Below, piece by piece: positions 27,033 to 36,503 of a stretch of DNA of 64,000 bases. Position 1 is the stretch's first letter, and each line of letters begins with the position of its first letter. Both the position numbers and the translations under genes were made by a program. This DNA comes from a virus (taxonomy: Duplodnaviria > Caudoviricetes), in IMG/VR virus record IMGVR_UViG_3300037067_026718, positions 64,001 through 128,000 of that record; one strand, written 5' to 3'. The notes under the pieces are model-generated. The model saw only the letters and a program-made list of their open reading frames with translations. It was not told the origin of the DNA and made no database searches.

Positions 27033-28750
27033 GATATCAACCTCTTTGCATAGATGAAGACAAGCAACCCATAAGGATGGATTCCCGTTGCCGGAACAGC
27101 TTCTTGAATGTTGACGCCAATTTTGGTGCCTGCGTCTATCTGAGGAGCAGTGGCTTCTACTACATCTATCTGCACCTCTCCGTAATCCTTTGCGAGAAGG
27201 TCTATGGGGCCGTAGCCCAAGTCGACAGAAGCGTAATCGCAAAGCGTAAGTACGGCGTCATTGGCTATCCCATTATATACCGCAGCACCGCCGGCGCTGA
27301 TGTCTCCGACGTAAGGATTGACCACCAGCATCTTCGATATGATCATGTCCCATGGAGCAGTGATGTATCCAAACTCTATTTCATCAGTTGTGTCGACTCC
27401 CATCACGTCTTCCTCAATGGGAACCTTGAGAACAAGCATTTCTTCGACAGCCCCTATGGATGGGTTAGTGTGACCTTGAGGATATTCTTTATTTTCTGTA
27501 TTTAATGGAGATACTATTCCAGTATCGCTTAGAGATCTTGCGAAGAATGTTACGTTTTCCTTGTCTCCACCCGGTCTGTAGTAGATGCCTTTTGGCGGTC
27601 CGTCGTAATAAAGCCTGGCCATGGATTCCATGTCTCCCGTAACGGGGGATCCGTCATGCTCAGCCACGAAGATCTGCACTCGTCTCATCGGAATCGTCGA
27701 GTACGGCCTGATGTAGAAGTAGTTGTGATGCCAGTCCTCGGGATTCCCAGGGGCAAATACTTCGAGAGACAGTGGTCCCGATGCCGGAGCCACTGACTCT
27801 CCGGCGAACACGTACTTCGGAGTACCGGGCTCTGATATCAGCATATTGGTCGGACTTGCCGACTGGAACACTTCGGCCTTGTAATAGACTCCCGGGCAGC
27901 ACGGAATCGAAACCGAGAGGTACTGGCCTTCGTCTTCTTTGTCATACGGCACGCATGCCTCGAGTGAGGCTTCCGGATGCTCTTCTTCACCATCGGAGAC
28001 AGGAGTCAGCCTGGCTTTGTAGTAGAGCGGTCCTCTGACTTCCCAAAGACCGATGTTGGTGGGTTTTCTCCACTTGACTGTGATGACAGCCTGCTGCTGG
28101 GCAAAGGATTCCCGGGGAACACTCGTCGGATTGGCTCCATTGGTTACCATGAAAGTAGTAACCGACTGAACATCAATGGGCGCCAAGGAAGAAAGGCCCC
28201 AGCTCGAGTAGTAGGAAAGAATGCTGATGCAGCTTTCGCTCTGTCTGCTGTTGATCATCACTCCGCCCATGCTGTACGTCAGCGTGGACAGCAAGATCTG
28301 TGTTTCGGGATCCTCCACGGTACCATTGATGATCTTGATGACAACGCCAGTTCTCCGAAGGGTCGGAGCCGAAAGCGATGATATCACCTCTTCATCAGGT
28401 AACGGACGAATGCTGCGGTCATGGGTTTCTTCATCTACCTGCTCGAGGATGACGCTGTAGGGTTCTGTCTGCAGTGATGGCCCTTCCAGAGTGGGAAGAA
28501 CGATGCTGACGGTAGTATTGGGGGGAGCCACGAAGACTTCATAGTTGCCGAACACACATGCCCCGAGATGGACGGCAATGCTACCCTGGCTGGCCGTTAC
28601 CAGCCATGCATCGCCTTCCAGGCGCAGGCCGGTCTTGAGTACGAATGATCTCAGGTATTCTTTGGCATTGGCAATGTTGGCATCCTGGATGGCATCATAG
28701 AGCCCAGTGAGGCTTTTTATCTCATGGCTCTTGCAGAGAATCCTTTTCAT
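27029..28750 (-). CDS. Tail fibre/baseplate appendage paralogue 2
   Basis: Beta-rich with FN3-like segments; located after the baseplate genes. Confidence 0.6.
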   Translation of the reverse strand: MKRILCKSHEIKSLTGLYDAIQDANIANAKEYLRSFVLKTGLRLEGDAWLVTASQGSIAVHLGACVFGNYEVFVAPPNTTVSIVLPTLEGPSLQTEPYSVILEQVDEETHDRSIRPLPDEEVISSLSAPTLRRTGVVIKIINGTVEDPETQILLSTLTYSMGGVMINSRQSESCISILSYYSSWGLSSLAPIDVQSVTTFMVTNGANPTSVPRESFAQQQAVITVKWRKPTNIGLWEVRGPLYYKARLTPVSDGEEEHPEASLEACVPYDKEDEGQYLSVSIPCCPGVYYKAEVFQSASPTNMLISEPGTPKYVFAGESVAPASGPLSLEVFAPGNPEDWHHNYFYIRPYSTIPMRRVQIFVAEHDGSPVTGDMESMARLYYDGPPKGIYYRPGGDKENVTFFARSLSDTGIVSPLNTENKEYPQGHTNPSIGAVEEMLVLKVPIEEDVMGVDTTDEIEFGYITAPWDMIISKMLVVNPYVGDISAGGAAVYNGIANDAVLTLCDYASVDLGYGPIDLLAKDYGEVQIDVVEATAPQIDAGTKIGVNIQEAVPATGIHPYGLLVFIYAKRLIS

Positions 28751-30537
28751 TCGATACCGCCTACACCAGGAAGACTGGCTTGCATTTCAAGCATGAGTAT
28801 ACCACACAGTAGATGTCCGCTGGAACCATACGAATCATCGGATTCAAAAGAAATGTATATCTCTACTGTTTCTCCGGGAGTAACAATGACTTCCAAACCA
28901 GTTTTCTCAAATGAGGCGGTGTAGGCAGGATTTGTTGGTGACGTGCTGAATGTTGGCATGTCAAAAACATCACCACCATGATCGTCCTTATCCCATTGCA
29001 TAAGACTGGTTACGACACCGCTTTGGTTCATCATCAGCTCCATTGACAATGGGCAAGGCGTTTGAGAAACACCGACGTTTCCCAGCCCCAGCATATGTAT
29101 CCTGGCTTCCGTAATCTTTCCAACCAGGCTGCCTGATGGGCTGTTCTTCGGGATCTTGATCGTGCCTATCTTTGCAATTGTAGGCTCGCCTTGGTCTAAA
29201 TGCATTGATTCCGTCATCAACGCATCGACAGGGATAACCAATGTCAGATGCTGAGAAGAAGAACTGCCTTCAACTCCGCCATCCGTACCCAAGACACTGA
29301 CGCCGTCCGACCACGGTGATAACGTATTGTTTTTGTACTTGTACTTGATGTAAAATACACTTGGATCCAATGGAGCGGCTTCCAGCACTACCGAACGGTA
29401 TCCGCCTTCGTAGACAATTTCTTCGTTGTTGCGCCACACCCTTTTGAAGCAGACGCTCTCCAGGCCGGCAGGCTCGTCGCCTATGGGCGTCCAGAGATAA
29501 GTACGGGGATTGATGCCGTAAACAGTCAGTACCGGTGTCGGAGGCTTGGGCAACACAGGAGATACATCGACGTATATGCCGCCAATGGTTTCCTTCCAAG
29601 GCCCGATGACCCTTGCCAGAGAAGAACTGAGGGCTCTTATGGCAACGTTGTACTTGGTCCCTCGGATAATGGGATGCTGGTAGGAAGCATAGTACTGCCC
29701 TGGCTGTCCCAGTACCATTGTATGAAAAGCCTTGTTGACATCGAGAGTCGCACCGGCATATGGCGTTATCTTGACATGATAGGCCCACACGACCATGTCT
29801 CTTTCGACCGTAGGCCAGATGATGTCGAGGAAGGAAGCGTTTCTCAATGGGTTTCTGGGATGGGACTCAAGGTTGAATGAACTCAGCAGGACTCCGCCGC
29901 CTTCTGCTTCAGGCTGCAGTGCGACCTGCAGATCGGACAAGTCTTGAACTGATACCGACACCGATTCTATGGTCATGTCGCTTTCGGTCAACGAAATGTC
30001 GCTGTTCAAGATCAGGCAGACATCGGTCCGATAGTCTTCTTCGATGGTGAATGCAGTCCCGTCAAATGAAACGCAGTACACCGGGATGGCATCGGGTCCC
30101 CGCTCGTATTTCTGGGCTACATCAACCCGAACCGACACTTCTTGCTCAGTGTATGAGTCGCTTTCGTCGGGATAGCCTGGCATGAAAGTGCCGGCCACGG
30201 AGTCAGTGACCACTTTTCTGATGATGACGTAGTGCAGACCTTGAGGAGGTACTGTGATGAGGTGGCTCAACGTTACAAGGGTTTCAGGGCACCAGAAATC
30301 GTAATCATCGAACACCACGACTCCCACGTCCGAGAGATCGAATTTCCATATACCGGCTCCAGGAACCTTGTTGATAATGGAGAGATCCAGCTTGGCCTCG
30401 GGATCGTAACGAGGGCCTGGGCGGGAGCACAGCATACGCATTCTGCGCTTGAGATTGGTCTCAAACGCTGCGCCTGCTCCTTCGAAGTCATCCTTGAGGC
30501 TGCCGACAAGCCCTGTCCGAACGATCCGTTTCTTCAT
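28747..30537 (-). CDS. Tail fibre/baseplate appendage paralogue 1
   Basis: Start at ATG 30537, right after the upstream stop; FN3-like motif TKYNVAIRAL..GPW. Confidence 0.6.
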   Translation of the reverse strand: MKKRIVRTGLVGSLKDDFEGAGAAFETNLKRRMRMLCSRPGPRYDPEAKLDLSIINKVPGAGIWKFDLSDVGVVVFDDYDFWCPETLVTLSHLITVPPQGLHYVIIRKVVTDSVAGTFMPGYPDESDSYTEQEVSVRVDVAQKYERGPDAIPVYCVSFDGTAFTIEEDYRTDVCLILNSDISLTESDMTIESVSVSVQDLSDLQVALQPEAEGGGVLLSSFNLESHPRNPLRNASFLDIIWPTVERDMVVWAYHVKITPYAGATLDVNKAFHTMVLGQPGQYYASYQHPIIRGTKYNVAIRALSSSLARVIGPWKETIGGIYVDVSPVLPKPPTPVLTVYGINPRTYLWTPIGDEPAGLESVCFKRVWRNNEEIVYEGGYRSVVLEAAPLDPSVFYIKYKYKNNTLSPWSDGVSVLGTDGGVEGSSSSQHLTLVIPVDALMTESMHLDQGEPTIAKIGTIKIPKNSPSGSLVGKITEARIHMLGLGNVGVSQTPCPLSMELMMNQSGVVTSLMQWDKDDHGGDVFDMPTFSTSPTNPAYTASFEKTGLEVIVTPGETVEIYISFESDDSYGSSGHLLCGILMLEMQASLPGVGGIE

Positions 30538-30539
30538 CG

Positions 30540-31787
30540 TCAGTCCCTGTACATCCTGTTGGTGATCTGCTCGCTGAACGGAGAAGTGGCGCCGTAGGAG
30601 TTCTTGAAGCAGCAGCGATACAAGGTATCTTCGATCGGTGTTGAATTGACCCACACCGGATGCACGACGTCGGCATGGTCGACAGGATACTCGCCGTCAT
30701 CAACAGCGGTTGTGATGATCTCGACAGAGAGCTGGTTGAGTAAAATGTCCCCGGGAGTTACATCGCTGGCTTCAACGATCTTGATCCACCGACCAAGAGT
30801 AGGAATGGGGATGGTTTCGTCAAACAAGCCGGCGACATCCAGCTTAATGTAGCCGATGTTCTCCCAGTCTGCTCCCACCCCGGGCAGAGTTACAGAGTCC
30901 TCTCGGCTGACCAGGACTGCCAGAATGCCATCGGCATCGATCATCTCGCCGGTTACGTGAATGCTCCTGATCGCTCTGACGCCAGTGCTGGAATAGTCAG
31001 GGAAGTCGTCTTCTTCTCCTTCTATTGCTCCCGGTACCTGGCCGTTGGCCAAGTCGACCGCCACGTAGCTGCCGTTCCCCGCGGAAAGGACTACCGGTCC
31101 ATCGGTCTCGATGTTGGTGAGATCGCCGGCGAGGAATGTGAAATCGCCTTCCTCAGTGCCGAACCAGTCTTCCGTGGGCTCGGCAATGGCGCCGCCTTTC
31201 AAATCTATCTGCCAGGCTGCAGGCTGACCCCATGCTTCGAAGGAAACCGAGACTTCATGAGCGGTAGCCGGAGTGATGGGGCCCAGAACGATGAACGAGT
31301 CTCCGTTCTCGACCCAGCCTTTCTGCTCGCCTGAATCGGCACTACAGGCAATGGGTACTCCGGGATCCGGGCTGTAGAACGACAGGTAGTACCTGGTCTG
31401 GAGAGCTCCGGGGAAAGCGATCGAAGTCTCGAGCTCTACGGTGTAGAAGGTGTCGGAAACCCAGCCCACTCCGTCGTGAGGAGCAGCAAGCGTGCGCTCA
31501 GCGAAATAAACGATATCGTCTCCAGTCGTTACCTGGGAGAAAAAACCGACCTTTATGCTGGCCGCAGCGTCGGTTACCGTTCCCGTCCTGAATCTGACGT
31601 GACTGATGCGACCGCCGGATGAGCTGATGGGATAGGCCGTCATGAAGTAGGTTTTGTCCAGGTCTGTTTCTTCATCCCGCTCCCGGGCTCCGCAGCCGCA
31701 GAAACTGGCCGACCCTTTATTCCTGTAGACGTTGATCCTGTTGTAAGGTTCTGTGAGATCTCTGGTGACTTGAATGACTTCACCCAT
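30540..31787 (-). CDS. Baseplate/tail structural protein
   Basis: Acidic, beta-rich; position. Confidence 0.55.
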   Translation of the reverse strand: MGEVIQVTRDLTEPYNRINVYRNKGSASFCGCGARERDEETDLDKTYFMTAYPISSSGGRISHVRFRTGTVTDAAASIKVGFFSQVTTGDDIVYFAERTLAAPHDGVGWVSDTFYTVELETSIAFPGALQTRYYLSFYSPDPGVPIACSADSGEQKGWVENGDSFIVLGPITPATAHEVSVSFEAWGQPAAWQIDLKGGAIAEPTEDWFGTEEGDFTFLAGDLTNIETDGPVVLSAGNGSYVAVDLANGQVPGAIEGEEDDFPDYSSTGVRAIRSIHVTGEMIDADGILAVLVSREDSVTLPGVGADWENIGYIKLDVAGLFDETIPIPTLGRWIKIVEASDVTPGDILLNQLSVEIITTAVDDGEYPVDHADVVHPVWVNSTPIEDTLYRCCFKNSYGATSPFSEQITNRMYRD

Positions 31788-31798
31788 GGCTGGGCCCC

Positions 31799-33169
31799 CT
31801 ATTCATGAGATGTCTCTATTCTCAAGGCTGCAGGCGCCATGGGCGCCCGGTAAAAACTGGTTTGGATCCTCGTGCTCGGAATGATCGTCGGGACTCTGCT
31901 GAAGATTGTGGCAATTCGGGCTGCAGGCATCGGAGGGAACACAGACAGCCATGTCTCCAGGCTTATCTCGCCCATCGATGGCATTCTACCGTTGGAAGAT
32001 TCGAGGCGGACAGCCGGCTGCAATGGAAGCCTGAATGCCGATGTCACTATTTCGGTTTCTGGTATGATGTCCATCCACATCACAATGTCGTGATTCGTCC
32101 CGAAAGCTCTCATGCGCTCGATAAAGATTGCCGAGGCTGCTGGTTCCAGCAGTTCGTAGTCGTCATTCTTCAGCCTGACGAAAAACATGTTGCGAGCCTG
32201 GTCGAAAGAATACGGTATTCTATCCAGAATGCTGGCATCGATAACGACTGAGAGAACTTCTATGGCATCGGTCAAAATTTCAAAGTCTTCTATGATATCG
32301 CCTGCTGCAACAGGAGTCCATGTACCGGCGACTCGAGTTTGAAAATCTCTTCCGGTGGCATTGTTGATGACCCTCACTTCGCCATTGCGGAGAGATTCGA
32401 CTGTAAGCTCGGTGGGCTCAACATTCAAAACCCTGGCCTTGAACGGACAGTAAGGGAAGTGATTGAGTATCGTAAGACCCATCTCCAGATTGGCGTAAGA
32501 CGGCCCGTGGTAGTAAATGTAGAACAGGAGCAAGAGGTCGGTGAAGATGTCCCTTTCGTACCAGCCTTCCCATCTGGGATTGAAATCGTAACCAACGAAG
32601 CTGCCAAACCGCTCCACCATCTCTGTGATGGACTTCATCTTGTAACCGGTAGCCCACATGGTATCGTAGTAGTCGACATCTGCATTGAAGGTAATGGTGC
32701 CTTTGGCATTGTCCACTACTGAAGTGTCGGTAACGAACTGACCGGTATCAGTGTTGCCTGTGAGATTGACTACTGGCCTTCTGAGGAAGTCCTGGAGCCT
32801 GTTGATGCTCCTGAATCCCGACGGCAGGTAATACTGGTCTGCCACTCCGGTAGGCAGGCAGAGAACGGCTCCATCTGGTATTTCCTCGAACTCGGCTGCC
32901 TCCCCGAAGAACAGTTGCAGAGGAACAGCGGAGAACCTTACAGACAAATACTTCTTGGACCACATGGTATGGTCGTATTCCCTGAAATCCGCTTCCTCCA
33001 GAAGGGATCTCTTGATGACGTCGTAAGAAGCCCATATGACGTCCAGAAGCTCTTTACCGCTGATCGTCTGATAGAAATCAGAAATGGCCCCCCAAATGGG
33101 ATGGGGCCTGTCGATCATAGTCCCGCGGTGGGCTAAGTAGTCGTTATCGGTAAGAGACAGCCTGGGCAT
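31799..33169 (-). CDS. Baseplate wedge protein
   Basis: FGSFVG..., YYHGPSYANLEMGL; follows the J-like genes. Confidence 0.6.
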   Translation of the reverse strand: MPRLSLTDNDYLAHRGTMIDRPHPIWGAISDFYQTISGKELLDVIWASYDVIKRSLLEEADFREYDHTMWSKKYLSVRFSAVPLQLFFGEAAEFEEIPDGAVLCLPTGVADQYYLPSGFRSINRLQDFLRRPVVNLTGNTDTGQFVTDTSVVDNAKGTITFNADVDYYDTMWATGYKMKSITEMVERFGSFVGYDFNPRWEGWYERDIFTDLLLLFYIYYHGPSYANLEMGLTILNHFPYCPFKARVLNVEPTELTVESLRNGEVRVINNATGRDFQTRVAGTWTPVAAGDIIEDFEILTDAIEVLSVVIDASILDRIPYSFDQARNMFFVRLKNDDYELLEPAASAIFIERMRAFGTNHDIVMWMDIIPETEIVTSAFRLPLQPAVRLESSNGRMPSMGEISLETWLSVFPPMPAARIATIFSRVPTIIPSTRIQTSFYRAPMAPAALRIETSHE

Positions 33170-33176
33170 CGTTCTC

Positions 33177-34922
33177 CTATGTGAACAGAATGTGAACTGT
33201 GTCGTCTATCGTGAGGAACTGCTCTATCTCTTCGTAATCCAAGGCAATGGCCCAACCAGATGATTCGTCGGCTATGATCTCGTCAACGCTTCCGTCCTGG
33301 TTGTGACGCAACACTCTGATCTGATTGACAGTTGCGTTTCTGACGCCTTCATTCCCTTGAAGAGCTATCTCAATGCTGTTATGGGACAACTCGGCATGGT
33401 GCTCTGAATTGATCCAGTTCACCAGAAAGTCTCGGTCTTCATAGGGCATGTTGTCGGAGACTCTCGTGATATCCAGGAACGTCTCATACACAGTCATGGA
33501 TTTGATAAGCAAGTCATAGACTACGTTTTCCCTGGCAAGCTCTTCGGTAACGGACTGAGCCTGAAGTATCGTAGGGAAAGTGAAGTAGTGGATCCTGACG
33601 TTGATCCCGACCGGAGTGAACAAGAAGTAGTTGTTCTCCCTTGTAGAGTTTCTGAGAGCTGACTCAGAAACATGGAAGGTCCAGTCTGTCAGTGAGTCAA
33701 GGAATACACCCGTTGGCTCCATGCTGCCGTCCAAGACTTCGATGCCCTTGATGAGAGCGACCGGAAGGACAAGGTCTCCGGTTATCTTGGAGTTTGAAGA
33801 ATTGAACCACTCCTGAATGTCGATGTTCTCGAGGTCGACATATACTTCTTCGAGACCTGTTTTCTCATGGATGTAGGCGTCTCCGTATCCACCGACATGA
33901 ACCCGGCTGTCACTCCATGATTCCAGCTTCGCTTCGTCTATGATGATTCTGGCATCGTATCCGCTGGCGTAATCGCTCATAAGGGTGCTCATTACCATAA
34001 TGTGCGCAGTGGAGTCGAGATCCGAGTAAACAGTGATGGGAAGGTCGTCAGCCCTCAAGGAACAGTTCTCGATTTCGCCGGGGCCGAAGGTGTGTGAGTC
34101 CTGCAAAACCCAAGCTCCAGTGATGCAGTTCTTGACGTAGAGGCGTATCCCATACGCCCCGGGATCATTCAAGCGGTCACCCCATCCATTCACTACGACA
34201 TTGAACAGGCTTGGAAAACCGGCGGTCTTCATCTTGTAGTAGTTCCCTGAATAGCTGGGATCGATGTTGTGGAGATGAAGGGCTGTCCATGTGGCTTGAT
34301 ATGATCCGCTTTCGCTGAGGCTTACACCCCAGTATTCGCCGGCGCTCAAAAGGCTGTGGGCTCCATAGGAGATGTCGGCAGTTGCCGGCTCGCCTGTTCC
34401 GGCTTCCCATATTTTGAACTCGAGGGCCCCGCTGTCCCTGAAAATAAGGGTAAAGTTGTAATTGGTGTTCGGCAGGATTTCCTTCGTGATCGCAGCCAGA
34501 TAAGCGTAATCGCCCCATCCGGTGTGCAGTACGTTCTCCAGCACGACATCTTTACGGGCCAAAGAGCTGTCCACGACAAAGATATTGGGTTTGCCATCAG
34601 CGACACCCTTGGCGGTGGTTGTCATTATAGCTATTCCGGAACCATCGTAATAATGGGAGATCATCGATCCGTCTTCAACGGCATTGCGATTGGCGGTGAT
34701 GAAAGCTATGAAAGGGTCTGTCCTGTCATCATTGCTTCGGAAAGTCCCGCTGATGCCTGTGTTATCAAAGGTCGGCTCGCCTGTCCCCGGGTCTAGTTTA
34801 CCGGCAAGCCTTCGGATGCAGATGGATGAACGATGTTCTTCTGGCACCGTAGATGGATCAAGAATAACATCGTCTTCATACCCAGTAACTACGCCGCTTT
34901 CGCTAAGGATTTGCTCTGGCAT
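33177..34922 (-). CDS. Baseplate structural protein
   Basis: Position; VHVGGYGDAYI and a C-terminus resembling the end of baseplate J. Confidence 0.55.
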   Translation of the reverse strand: MPEQILSESGVVTGYEDDVILDPSTVPEEHRSSICIRRLAGKLDPGTGEPTFDNTGISGTFRSNDDRTDPFIAFITANRNAVEDGSMISHYYDGSGIAIMTTTAKGVADGKPNIFVVDSSLARKDVVLENVLHTGWGDYAYLAAITKEILPNTNYNFTLIFRDSGALEFKIWEAGTGEPATADISYGAHSLLSAGEYWGVSLSESGSYQATWTALHLHNIDPSYSGNYYKMKTAGFPSLFNVVVNGWGDRLNDPGAYGIRLYVKNCITGAWVLQDSHTFGPGEIENCSLRADDLPITVYSDLDSTAHIMVMSTLMSDYASGYDARIIIDEAKLESWSDSRVHVGGYGDAYIHEKTGLEEVYVDLENIDIQEWFNSSNSKITGDLVLPVALIKGIEVLDGSMEPTGVFLDSLTDWTFHVSESALRNSTRENNYFLFTPVGINVRIHYFTFPTILQAQSVTEELARENVVYDLLIKSMTVYETFLDITRVSDNMPYEDRDFLVNWINSEHHAELSHNSIEIALQGNEGVRNATVNQIRVLRHNQDGSVDEIIADESSGWAIALDYEEIEQFLTIDDTVHILFT

Positions 34923-34933
34923 CGCTTCCCTTC

Positions 34934-36046
34934 CTATACCGGCGCACTGGTTGTGGAGTCGGGTTTGCCCATTCTGAGCCCTTGCTGCTCATATACGCTA
35001 TCATCATACCTTTTCTGTCCAAAAGGAAGACCGCTGTCGGAAACCACCCAGTCCGGAAGCTTGAAGTCGCGCTTGGTGCTGGGGAAGAAATCAGAGAAAA
35101 GACGACTGGAGTAATGGGTGAAGTGTATCTGATCAAGCACGGCTATCTGTCGATACTCGTCTGTGCTTAGTTCAACAGCTACATTCTCGAGCATTTCAGT
35201 GGTTATCTCATCGATGTCGACCTCGGAAGAAAACTTGTAGGCTTCGTTGGGATTTGATGAAATACTGCCGCTGATCTTGTGTATGAACGTACTTGCGAAG
35301 TAAGGGGCGAATCCACCAGGCCCTGTCAGGCCGAAATGGATATCTCTCTCCATGTGGGGGTCTCCCTTGCCTTCAACATGTACTTCATCGATGCTCGGGA
35401 AAAGCCTCATGAGGGTAGTGCGGACGCTGCCTTTGGTGATAAGAAGGTCCCTGGTATTGACGCTCTCGGACATCCGGGCGTGGTAAGCCTCGTTGTCTTC
35501 ATGTATAACTCCGCCGGTTGCCGGAACGATGTTGGTCGTCCTGGTCCACTGAGCGTAAAGCGGATCCTTGATGTCCGATATCATTCCTGTATCGACGTTG
35601 TACTGGTCGCCCTGCGCTATGGCTTGAACAGTGAACTGGATGTAGTATTCATTGCCGATGCGCTGAGACTGGACACGAGATGCGCTGAACTCGTGCTTTT
35701 CAGTCGTGGCGAAAATCAGATCCATTCCCACTCTCCACCCGACGGGAATTACGATTCTGGAGGGTGAAGAGAAATAGATGCGCTGTACGGTACGGGCAAA
35801 GCCCCCGGTGTTTCTGGGGAGGAAGACCATGCCTCCTATGGCATCGAGCTGAGTTTCGGACATGTCGTTGTGAGCCGCTGGATTGGTGGCAGCCGCTATG
35901 GCGTCTATGCGCCTGTAGACGTAATCAAGGATCTCGGCAACGGCGTGGATGAACAAGTCGAAGACGCCTGTGCCCTTTGCATACGCTATCTTGGGCCGAT
36001 GTTCTTTAAGCCATCCTACAATGAAATTGATGATGTTATTGACCAT
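34934..36046 (-). CDS. Baseplate J-like wedge protein
   Basis: LDAIGGMVFLPR, IPVG, VQAIAQGDQYNV, ATGG..EDNEAYHARM. Confidence 0.85.
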   Translation of the reverse strand: MVNNIINFIVGWLKEHRPKIAYAKGTGVFDLFIHAVAEILDYVYRRIDAIAAATNPAAHNDMSETQLDAIGGMVFLPRNTGGFARTVQRIYFSSPSRIVIPVGWRVGMDLIFATTEKHEFSASRVQSQRIGNEYYIQFTVQAIAQGDQYNVDTGMISDIKDPLYAQWTRTTNIVPATGGVIHEDNEAYHARMSESVNTRDLLITKGSVRTTLMRLFPSIDEVHVEGKGDPHMERDIHFGLTGPGGFAPYFASTFIHKISGSISSNPNEAYKFSSEVDIDEITTEMLENVAVELSTDEYRQIAVLDQIHFTHYSSRLFSDFFPSTKRDFKLPDWVVSDSGLPFGQKRYDDSVYEQQGLRMGKPDSTTSAPV

Positions 36047-36503
36047 TTGCAGCTATCACCTTTCCGGGCGAAGAAAGAGTGAGGGGCCGCAGCCTTCCTG
36101 ATACACTCTTCCTTTTCAAAGGTATCAACCAGATCCCTTGTTCTTCCTTGTAAGTTATTGCTTCGTCAGGGCTGAGTACGAGGTAATCGAGAAGCATGTC
36201 ATCCGGATAGCCCTGCCCTCTCTGCATCGCCTTTATCTGAGACTCAGCCTGCTTTATAGACAAGGCTATCTCCGCCCTGACATCGGCGCTTTTGCTGCCT
36301 TTGCCGAGGTTCATCAGATTCACGCCGTAGGGGATGATGTTGTCGCTGCCTCTGGTGGTGAACAGTGTTTTAACAATGATCTGGTCCAGGACATCCTCTC
36401 CGTAGGATGACATGCCCAATGTCTGATGAATACTCATGTCTGCTGTGATGGTGCCGTCGGTATTGATCACCTTCTGGACAAAGATGATGTCCTTCATCAG
36501 CAC
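36036..36503 (-). CDS. gp25/GPW-like baseplate protein
   Basis: QIIVKTLFTTRGSD...YG immediately before J. Confidence 0.75.
   Translation of the reverse strand: MLMKDIIFVQKVINTDGTITADMSIHQTLGMSSYGEDVLDQIIVKTLFTTRGSDNIIPYGVNLMNLGKGSKSADVRAEIALSIKQAESQIKAMQRGQGYPDDMLLDYLVLSPDEAITYKEEQGIWLIPLKRKSVSGRLRPLTLSSPGKVIAANGQ

Noticed and set aside
33177-36046. Frameshifted single baseplate J pseudogene
   Set aside because: The second ORF has its own RBS and start 11 nt after the stop, so it is treated as two genes.
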